A stretch of DNA of 14,684 nucleotides from a bacterium (GTDB lineage: Bacteria > Hinthialibacterota > Hinthialibacteria > Hinthialibacterales > Hinthialibacteraceae). The translations under genes were made by a program, and so were the position numbers. Every line of letters starts with the position of its first letter. The first letter of the stretch is position 1. The notes below the pieces were generated by a model. The model saw nothing but the letters and a program-made list of their open reading frames with translations, was not told the DNA's origin and ran no database searches. Shown in pieces: positions 7,800 to 14,684 of the stretch. Where the stretch lies: positions 1-14,684 of the forward strand of contig CAXXSM010000058.1 in the NCBI GenBank assembly GCA_963663405.2, in the 5' to 3' direction.

Positions 7800-10438
7800 T
7801 TCACATCTCCTTTGCGGCTTAAGCGAACGCCAACCCGGCAGATGGAATCAAACGGGCAATATTGACACGCTTTGCCTTCCACATCGGGTTGGACTGGATA
7901 GTATCCCTCTTTTAACATCGTCTGTACGAATTCCGTGAATTGTCTGCAGACCTCATCTAAACTTGTATCCGATCCACTTTTTTCTTTCCCTAAGCGTTTG
8001 GCGTTTTTTAGTGAGTAGTAATACGCTTTAGACACGACTTCGCCAGGATAGAGCGCCTCCGGCGCGGCGCGGGTGTACAACGGGAGCTGCACATCGAGGT
8101 TGGCTTTCCCGTTTTCATCTTTTGCGCCGGAAGGTTTTGACACGCTGGTTTTATAATCAATAAAAATGAGGCCATCCGGCCCACGATCGATCCGGTCGAC
8201 AATTCCTTTCACGCGAAGATCGAACCAACGTCCTTCAAATTTCTTCTCTACAGCCAATACAGCCGCGCCTTCATGTAAAAAATCGGCTCCTTGAATGGCG
8301 AGACGCAACCGTTCAAGGATTTCCAACCGTTGGGCGGACCAGGCGGGAAGATACGACACATTTTCTAATTTCTCCGCCTCATGAAACGCGTCTTCCAATC
8401 GTTTAAGCGCAATTTCACGAACATCGGCTCCTTCGGGACAGGCATTCAACGCAAGTTCCAATGTCCGATGACACAAACGGCCTTCCAATCCAGGGCTTAA
8501 ATCATCCTCGGCCTCATCCGGTTCTTCTAAATGCAGCGTGTATCGCGCAAACCATTTGAATGGGCATTGTCCCAAGGCGATGAGTTGTGTGGCGCTGAAA
8601 ATAATTGATTCCGGATCGATCGGCTCTCCCACAGCGCCATCGAATTCATCGTACACGCTTTCTCCCTCCCGGCTCGTTTCCACCCGCCAGGCCTGTTGAA
8701 AGGCCGGAAAGATATCATCATCAAATTCGCTGGAATCAATGCGGGCCGCTTTCCGGTTTTCCTCCATACTCGCGATCGGAGCGAGAGGTGGAGAAGCGGG
8801 AGATAAACCGAGTGTGTTGAAAATCTCACTTGGCAGCGCTTCCCGGTTCTGGATCCATTTGGAATAACTGAGTGAGATAAACTCACTGCCGGTCTGAAGC
8901 AGCGACCAGACCGACAGATCTTCTTTCTGCGCCGTTTCGATCGCATTCTCAAATTTCATCCCCGCCTGCCGCAGGATTTCTCGATCGTGAAAATCGAGAA
9001 TCGAATCATCCCGGATCGAAGCGGGGAAAACGCCTTCCGCCACTCCAAGTACGAAGAGATGCGAATAGCGCGCGCCGTGCAACGTATCAATCGAATGAAA
9101 TTCTACCCCACCCCGTCCAGGTTGAACGGGGATTGGAATCAACGAAAGAAGTTCAGTAATCTCATCCATAAAGGCGGCAAGAGACAACCGGCGGTTCAGA
9201 TGCGATTTCAATTCAGCGAGCCCATCCTGGAATTCATAATACGCGATCGATTCCCGCGCCCAGGGAGCACAGCGCCGCCTAAGTTGAAATTTCTCTTCGC
9301 TCTGTTTTAAGCGCTCAATATAATATTGAGGCGACTCTTCCGATGGCCAGATAAAATCACTTTCCTGCAAACCGGCGGTCTGCCATTCTTCAAGGCCCGA
9401 CCAATGGTTCCGCCGCGCGTCCCGCCAGTTTTTTTCCGAAAGACCGGGCCCTAATGGCTGACGCAGCATTCGCAGGGTGATTTCAAAGGGCAGATTCCCC
9501 CGGACCGCATCGAGATACAATGCAATCCATGCGCCAAGGCGGGTTTGTTGGAGAGGAGCGTCGTGTTGAACGCGGATGGACATATCATATTCCCACGCCA
9601 CATCCAGCATGGTAGAAGAATAGACAGATGGATCGCTGGCGGCGAGCGCAATCTGAACGGGTGAGAGCCCCTTTCGCAATAACGTTTTGACCTGCGCTAG
9701 AACGCCCCGGATTTCCGCCTCAATATGGGGATAAACGCAGGCTTGCATCCCTTCCGGCGCGCCGGTTTCTTCGAGAAACGCGGATGACGCCCGTTCCCCT
9801 AATGTCTGTGGAGTGGAATCGGTCCACTGTATGTTCCAGCCACGCTGTTCCAGAAACCGCGCGGCTCGTTTATTTCGAGCAAAGATGGGGGAATCATGAT
9901 AGGGCAAAATAAGAACGCTTCCCTCGCCCGCCAACGTATCAAGGAACAGCAATTCATCTTCTTCCAGCTGTGGGAAGCCATACACACAAACCGCCCGCCG
10001 TTCTGTAACAAATTCCGCCGCCACATGCAGCGCTTCCGCGGCATCTACCGCGTCAAGCGCGCGCAGTTCCTCCCGGTATCTGCGAGCGACCTTGACCAAC
10101 CGGCGCGCCCGTTCGGATTCGATCGTCTCCAGCGCGCTGAATTGAAACTCACTCCGGAGAAGACGCCGCACGGACGGCCCAAGAGATCGCGCGGTTCCTT
10201 CTACATCCACCACCCGCGTCTCCTTCTCCACCGCCCGCCGTAAAAGATGAAGCGCCATCAAGGAAGACGCCACCCGCATCCGCCGCTTAATCAATACTTT
10301 TTTCGCCAACATCTGAAACGACTGGTATGGCGCGCCAATTGTGCGGGCCGCCCGGCGATTTGGAGCGATCGTCACACGATCTTCCAGCAGATTAAAATGT
10401 TGATAGGGAGACGAGCTGAGAATCACCGTTTGTACCAT
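7796..10438 (-). CDS. addB: AddB-like helicase/nuclease subunit B (inactive helicase-like scaffold plus Fe-S PD-(D/E)XK nuclease), 880 aa
   Basis: C-terminal nuclease: FSATQL...QCPFKWF, G..CH..LE, KGIVDRID...IDYKT, QLPLY and CQYCPFDSIC. The central VLGVAEGVFP is an AddB-type motif. No recognisable Walker A at the N-terminus. Translationally coupled to the addA-like gene. The start is somewhat uncertain because there is no clear SD. Confidence 0.85.
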   Translation of the reverse strand: MVQTVILSSSPYQHFNLLEDRVTIAPNRRAARTIGAPYQSFQMLAKKVLIKRRMRVASSLMALHLLRRAVEKETRVVDVEGTARSLGPSVRRLLRSEFQFSALETIESERARRLVKVARRYREELRALDAVDAAEALHVAAEFVTERRAVCVYGFPQLEEDELLFLDTLAGEGSVLILPYHDSPIFARNKRAARFLEQRGWNIQWTDSTPQTLGERASSAFLEETGAPEGMQACVYPHIEAEIRGVLAQVKTLLRKGLSPVQIALAASDPSVYSSTMLDVAWEYDMSIRVQHDAPLQQTRLGAWIALYLDAVRGNLPFEITLRMLRQPLGPGLSEKNWRDARRNHWSGLEEWQTAGLQESDFIWPSEESPQYYIERLKQSEEKFQLRRRCAPWARESIAYYEFQDGLAELKSHLNRRLSLAAFMDEITELLSLIPIPVQPGRGGVEFHSIDTLHGARYSHLFVLGVAEGVFPASIRDDSILDFHDREILRQAGMKFENAIETAQKEDLSVWSLLQTGSEFISLSYSKWIQNREALPSEIFNTLGLSPASPPLAPIASMEENRKAARIDSSEFDDDIFPAFQQAWRVETSREGESVYDEFDGAVGEPIDPESIIFSATQLIALGQCPFKWFARYTLHLEEPDEAEDDLSPGLEGRLCHRTLELALNACPEGADVREIALKRLEDAFHEAEKLENVSYLPAWSAQRLEILERLRLAIQGADFLHEGAAVLAVEKKFEGRWFDLRVKGIVDRIDRGPDGLIFIDYKTSVSKPSGAKDENGKANLDVQLPLYTRAAPEALYPGEVVSKAYYYSLKNAKRLGKEKSGSDTSLDEVCRQFTEFVQTMLKEGYYPVQPDVEGKACQYCPFDSICRVGVRLSRKGDVK

Positions 10439-10696
10439 GGTTCTTACTAGACACTTTCATGAATTTTTTCAACGTATAATATAGAGAATAATTTAATGTA
10501 ATTCCGCTGCGACGAACTGGATCGTTGGAACCAATAATAACAATCAGCTCAAGCGGCGGAAGGCGTTGACGCATGGGGCGCATTTGTGAACGGATGGTTG
10601 GCCGCATTCCTTATCGCGGTTGAAGCAGAGGTAAAATGATTGGAATGGCTGATCCATCACTCTCTGACTTAATTGAGAGGAAGGGAGAGAACCGGC

Positions 10697-11299
10697 ATGA
10701 AGAGCGAATATCAAACGCATTCCGCTTTCACGCTGATCGAATTATTAATCGTTGCAGCGATCATTGGGATCCTGGCCGCCATCGCTATTCCGAGTTTTCT
10801 TCAAGCCTCGGTCCGCGCCAATCTTGCCCGCGCTCAAAGTGAACAGAAGACGCTCGCGGACGCGCTGGATCTTTATTTCTCGGAACGGGGAAGTTATCCT
10901 CCCGCCCGCGCGGACAGCGCCAATGCGTATGGCGGTTACAAATACCTGACCACACCTATCCCCTATCTGCATTCCTCCCTGATCGATCCGTTCCAAGTCA
11001 AACACTTAACACTTTCCCAAAGAGGAAATGACTACGACCAACACTACGAATTCATGGTTTCGTCTCTGCAGGAAGATCAATACACGATGTTCAACATCGA
11101 ATGCGTAGGCCCGGACGGGATCGACAGTTTCAAACCCACCCCCATCTACCCTCTTCATCCCGAAGAATTCCAATTCTACGAACCGACCAACGGTTTGCGC
11201 AGCTACGGAGACATTCTACGGGCTGGAGGCGCAACACTGCCACGGTGGTATATAGAACGCAGAGGGGGGAGAGAGACGGCGGGGAGGGATTGGTTGTAA
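10697..11299 (+). CDS. Type IV prepilin-like / GspG-like pseudopilin with N-terminal cleavage-methylation signal, 200 aa
   Basis: MKSEYQTHSA|FTLIELLIVAAIIGILAAIAIP is a class III signal with Glu at +5 and Ala instead of Gly at -1. It is followed by a GspG-like helix ALDLY...GSYPP and then LTTPIPY, DPF, GPDG and YEPTNG..S.GDI. ATG 10697 is preferred over TTG 10673 because AAGGGAG (10681-10687) precedes it. Confidence 0.9.
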   Translation: MKSEYQTHSAFTLIELLIVAAIIGILAAIAIPSFLQASVRANLARAQSEQKTLADALDLYFSERGSYPPARADSANAYGGYKYLTTPIPYLHSSLIDPFQVKHLTLSQRGNDYDQHYEFMVSSLQEDQYTMFNIECVGPDGIDSFKPTPIYPLHPEEFQFYEPTNGLRSYGDILRAGGATLPRWYIERRGGRETAGRDWL

Positions 11300-11595
11300 A
11301 TCAGTGGATTATAAAATATTGAAAAACCTATCTATTTCCGGTTAGGATATACATCGAATCCGGCGCTCTATTTCTTCGCTAGTAATCACACGGCCGTTCC
11401 TTGAATCCTCCTTGACTTGGTACCTTTTTATTGTAAACCAAACCACAAAACTAGGACAGAATAAAAATTAATGGTTCTGTCGGCAAGTGAGTACATTTCG
11501 GTTATACAATCCTATCATTTGCAGGTTGTGATCTCGATCATGATGGTTCTCATAAGGATTGTAAGATCCAGCGCTGCTATGCAGGATTCTCTATT

Positions 11596-11705
11596 GTCTG
11601 AACCTTGATTAAAAGCCATCCAGCTGGCGCTGTCTTACCTGATTCGTTTTATTTTCAAGATTTTAATCAGGATAATCCTATAATTCATCGAATCATGGTT
11701 CAGAC
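11596..11705. repeat. 110-bp nested inverted-repeat element (REP/MITE-like)
   Basis: Outer arms GTCTGAACCTTGATT (11596-11610) and AATCATGGTTCAGAC (11691-11705) are 14/15 complementary. Inner arms are CCTGATT (11638-11644) and AATCAGG (11665-11671). Confidence 0.7.
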
Positions 11706-11900
11706 GAGTAAGTCATCGCGAATATAGAGCGCAATTACCTCAAAATTTTTTTTTACTTAATTTCCAGATAAACTGAAAATTCATAAAAACACGAACATAC
11801 TTTTCGCTTCCTCCACTCCCCCCTCCTTTTGATTCCTCCTTATCTGTGATTCAATAAACCGGTGTTTATGACTCTTTCAAACTAATCCAAGGAGGTAATT

Positions 11901-13436
11901 ATGCAATTAAAACGAATCGGAATGATGGTATGCGCGTTGGTGTTGCTGGGCGCGGGGATTTCCCAGGCGGACGTGACGCTCCATGCGCTGTTCGCGGACA
12001 ACATGGTTTTACAGCAGGGTATCGAGGTTCCAATTTGGGGGACTGCGGACGATGGCGAGTCCGTGACCGTTGAGTTTAACGGACAGAAAGTGACAGCGAA
12101 AGCGGATGATGGCGCCTGGATGGCGCGGCTGAAACCGATGAAAGCCGGCGGTCCGTTTATGATGACGGTCCAAGGGAAGAACACGATCGAAATCAAAAAC
12201 GTGTTGATCGGTGAAGTTTGGGTTTGCAGCGGCCAATCGAATATGCAGTGGTCGGTTCAAGCCAGCGAGAATGCCCAAGAAGAAATCGCAAATGCGAAGT
12301 ATCCACAAATCCGTCTGTTCAGCGTTCCCCGCAAAGCGGCTGGCAAACCGAGAAAAGCCGTCGAGGGAGAGTGGAGCGAATGCAGTCCCGAAACCGTCGC
12401 GGGATTCTCCGCGGTCGGATATTACTTCGGGCGCAGTCTGCACAAATTAATGAATACGCCGATCGGCCTGATTCACACCTCTTGGGGAGGCACACCGGCG
12501 GAATCCTGGACGACACGGGAAACGCTGGAAAGCGATCCAGACTACAAAGCTATTCTCGACCGTTGGGATAGCTCGTACAAGCAATTTTCGAACGATCTTC
12601 AAACATATCAGGAAAAATTGGATCAGTGGAAAAAAGAGACCGATGAGCTCGACGCGAAAGGCGAATTCGTGACGAATCCTCCCAGCCTGCCGCGCGATCC
12701 CCGCAGCAATCCCTGGAGGCCTTCCAGCCTCTACAACGCCATGATCGCTCCTCTTCTTCCCTACGGCATCCAAGGCGCGATCTGGTACCAGGGCGAATCC
12801 AACGCCGACCGGGCGTATCAGTACAGAAAACTGTTCCCCGCGATGATCACCGATTGGCGGCGCGTATGGGGACAGGGGGATTTCCCATTCCTTTTCGTTC
12901 AGCTGGCCAATTTCGACACGAGAAGATTCGAATACTCATGGGCGGAACTGCGCGAAGCGCAGACGATGACCCTCGATCTGCCCAACACCGGCATGGCGGT
13001 AATTGTGGATATCGGCGATCCTAGTAATATTCACCCCAAAAACAAACAGGATGTCGGCTGGCGTCTCGCTCTTGCGGCGCAGAAGATCGCCTATGGTGAA
13101 GACGTTGTCTATTCCGGCCCAATGTACGAATCGATGAAAGTGGAAGGGAATACAATCCGGCTGCGTTTCAAGCACGCTGAACGGGGATTCATGGTACCTG
13201 ACGGGGAGAAACTCACTGGTTTTGTCATCGCCGGTGAAGATCAAGAATTCAAACCGGCCGTCGCGGCGATCGATGGGAAAAGCATTGTTGTCTCAAGCGG
13301 CAGCGTGGCCAATCCCGCCGCGGTCCGGTATGGATGGTTGAACTGCCCGGTGTGCAATCTATTTAACAAAGAAGGATTGCCCGCTTCCCCCTTCCGCACG
13401 GACGATTGGCCCTGCGTCACGGCTGATAATCGCTGA
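11901..13436 (+). CDS. Secreted sialate O-acetylesterase-family (SASA/DUF303, SGNH) carbohydrate acetylesterase, 511 aa
   Basis: Signal peptide ending SQA|DV. Family motifs: LFADNMVLQQ, GEVWVCSGQSNM (catalytic Ser), SWGGTPAESW, GAIWYQGESN, FLFVQLANF, DIGD..NIHPKNKQDVG.RLA (catalytic His) and GLPASPFRTD. Strong SD AAGGAGG at 11889-11895. The actual substrate cannot be determined from sequence. Confidence 0.92.
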   Translation: MQLKRIGMMVCALVLLGAGISQADVTLHALFADNMVLQQGIEVPIWGTADDGESVTVEFNGQKVTAKADDGAWMARLKPMKAGGPFMMTVQGKNTIEIKNVLIGEVWVCSGQSNMQWSVQASENAQEEIANAKYPQIRLFSVPRKAAGKPRKAVEGEWSECSPETVAGFSAVGYYFGRSLHKLMNTPIGLIHTSWGGTPAESWTTRETLESDPDYKAILDRWDSSYKQFSNDLQTYQEKLDQWKKETDELDAKGEFVTNPPSLPRDPRSNPWRPSSLYNAMIAPLLPYGIQGAIWYQGESNADRAYQYRKLFPAMITDWRRVWGQGDFPFLFVQLANFDTRRFEYSWAELREAQTMTLDLPNTGMAVIVDIGDPSNIHPKNKQDVGWRLALAAQKIAYGEDVVYSGPMYESMKVEGNTIRLRFKHAERGFMVPDGEKLTGFVIAGEDQEFKPAVAAIDGKSIVVSSGSVANPAAVRYGWLNCPVCNLFNKEGLPASPFRTDDWPCVTADNR

Positions 13437-13490
13437 ACAAGAGGGTGTGTATAGGATTTACGGTAAAATCGTGATTAAATAGAACATCTG

Positions 13491-13523
13491 GGAAGGGGTG
13501 GCTTAGGCCGCCCCTTCTAATTT
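13491..13523 (+). terminator. GC-rich hairpin after the esterase gene, probable weak intrinsic terminator
   Basis: GGAAGGGGTGGC-TTAG-GCCGCCCCTTCT forms a 12-bp stem with two G-U pairs and a 4-nt loop. It is followed only by an imperfect U-tract (AATTT). Confidence 0.55.
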
Positions 13524-13550
13524 AACACTTGGAATAATGGAGGAAGACCG

Positions 13551-14537
13551 GTGCCCGCCAATCTCTCTCCCGAATACAGCGACGCCGAAAAAGAATATAA
13601 AGCCGCGAAGACGCCGGACGAGAAACTGCTCTGCCTGCAGAAAATGCTTTCCGCGATCCCCAAGCACAAAGGCACGGAAAAGATGCAGGCCGACCTCAAA
13701 CGGCGCATCGCGCAATCGAAAGAAAAACAAGACGCGCATTCCAAAAAGAAGGGGCTTTCGTTCCGCGTGAAACCGGAAGGCGGTGGACAGATCGCCCTCA
13801 TCGGACCGCCAAACAGTGGAAAATCGGCCTTACTGAACGCGTTGACTCACGCCGAACCGGAGATCGCCGATTATCCATTTACAACACGTGAACCCATGCC
13901 GGGCATGACCCTTTATAAGGATCTGCAAATCCAACTGGTCGATCTTCCCCCGGTTTCGGCGGACCATTGTGAGAGTTTTGTCTTTGATAACATTCGTGGA
14001 TCGGACGGGGCCCTTGTCGTTCTAGACCTCGCCGCATCCGATCCGGTTAGTGACCTGGAGCAGATTCTCGAATTATTGGATCAAAAAAAAATCCGGCTGA
14101 TCCCTCCAGAAGAGACACCCGAAGTGACGGAAACGGGAGAGGTGTCTATTCGCAGCATTCTCGTATTCAATAAATCCGACCTCGATCCCGATGGAGAACT
14201 ATTGGAATTGATCAAAGAAATGTTGGAGATTCCGCTGCCAATTGAAGTTGTTTCTACGAAAGTACAGGATACGTTGAACACGTTGCCAAAAAAACTCTTC
14301 GATCTTCTTCATATCATCCGCGTCTATTCCAAACATCCCGGCAAACCACCGGATATGGACGCGCCCTTCTCCGCGCCGATTGGCACGACCGTACTCGAAT
14401 TCGCCGCCTTGGTTCACAAAGATTTCGCCGAACATTTCAAATCCGCGCGTATCTGGGGCAGCGCCAAATTCGACGGACAAGTCGTACAAAAAGATCACGT
14501 ATTGGAAGATGAGGATATTGTGGAATTATCGATATAA
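13551..14537 (+). CDS. OBG/DRG-family ribosome-associated GTPase with C-terminal TGS domain, 328 aa
   Basis: GTG start with SD GGAGG at 13539-13543. DRG-like N-terminus MPANLSPEY...IPKHKGTEK..ADLK. G1 GPPNSGKS, G2 YPFTT, G3 DLPP, G4 NKSD. TGS domain IRVYSK.PG...GTTV..FA..VHKDF...F.SARIWG...GQ.V..DHVLEDEDIVEL. Confidence 0.9.
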   Translation: MPANLSPEYSDAEKEYKAAKTPDEKLLCLQKMLSAIPKHKGTEKMQADLKRRIAQSKEKQDAHSKKKGLSFRVKPEGGGQIALIGPPNSGKSALLNALTHAEPEIADYPFTTREPMPGMTLYKDLQIQLVDLPPVSADHCESFVFDNIRGSDGALVVLDLAASDPVSDLEQILELLDQKKIRLIPPEETPEVTETGEVSIRSILVFNKSDLDPDGELLELIKEMLEIPLPIEVVSTKVQDTLNTLPKKLFDLLHIIRVYSKHPGKPPDMDAPFSAPIGTTVLEFAALVHKDFAEHFKSARIWGSAKFDGQVVQKDHVLEDEDIVELSI

Positions 14538-14548
14538 GACTAGAAACC

Positions 14549-14630
14549 GCCAGGGCAGAAAAAAGCCTTGCCCTGGCCACCCGATAAAGAGTAAAGGATG
14601 TATTGATACCTTAAAGTTTTTTCTGCCCTG
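14549..14630. repeat. Overlapping inverted repeats downstream of the GTPase gene
   Basis: GCCAGGGCA (14549-14557) pairs with TGCCCTGGC (14569-14577). Alternatively CAGGGCAGAAAAAA (14551-14564) pairs perfectly with TTTTTTCTGCCCTG (14617-14630). Confidence 0.75.
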
Positions 14631-14657
14631 ACCAGCTTGCAACAGACAAAAACGAAT

Positions 14658-14678
14658 AAAAACCGGCGCATGCGCCGG
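14658..14678 (-). terminator. Probable intrinsic terminator of a convergent gene beyond the right window edge
   Basis: The perfect 16-bp palindrome CCGGCGCATGCGCCGG (14663-14678) is followed on the minus strand by TTTTT (14662-14658). Confidence 0.6.
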
Positions 14679-14684
14679 CGCCTT

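Noticed and set aside
7796-8600. Cas4-like Fe-S nuclease suggesting a CRISPR-Cas locus
   Set aside because: The domain is the C-terminus of an AddB-like protein, and there are no cas1/cas2 genes or repeat-spacer array in the window.
10673-10696. TTG 10673 as start of the pilin gene
   Set aside because: ATG 10697 has a purine-rich SD at suitable spacing and gives a typical short prepilin leader.
11300-11595. Hidden small gene, tRNA or repeat array in the AT-rich spacer; recurring ATCC(A/G)GCGCT-like words near 11358, 11566 and 11618; TTGACT at 11412 as a -35 box
   Set aside because: There is no cloverleaf, no convincing SD-led ORF, the words are short and irregularly spaced, and the -35 lacks a good -10 at 17 bp.
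11882-14631. Antisense and alternative-frame ORFs over the esterase and GTPase genes
   Set aside because: They are fully explained as shadows of the two well-supported + strand genes.

Overview
A 14.7-kb bacterial chromosomal window made mostly of recognisable genes; I found no rRNA, tRNA, CRISPR array, transposase or prophage. From left to right it contains: the 3' part of an AT-rich small membrane-protein gene (+); a groES-groEL operon (-) with a clear intrinsic terminator, a near-consensus sigma54 (-24/-12) promoter, candidate enhancer repeats and no CIRCE; a secreted protein with three tandem cohesin-like repeats and Pro/Thr linkers (-), split by a 1-nt frameshift in an A5 run; a translationally coupled addB-addA-like helicase-nuclease pair (-) in which both subunits carry four Fe-S-type cysteines; an orphan type IV prepilin/GspG-like gene (+); a 600-bp AT-rich spacer with a nested inverted-repeat element; a secreted sialate O-acetylesterase-family SGNH hydrolase (+); and a DRG/OBG-family TGS-domain GTPase (+) followed by competing inverted repeats. 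The pilin motifs and the C-terminus of the cohesin-like protein suggest, by inference only, a Sumerlaeota/OLB16 (Ca. Hinthialibacterota)-like candidate-phylum host. The best leads are the scaffoldin-like tri-cohesin protein with its frameshift, the sigma54/enhancer control of groESL, and the double Fe-S AddAB.
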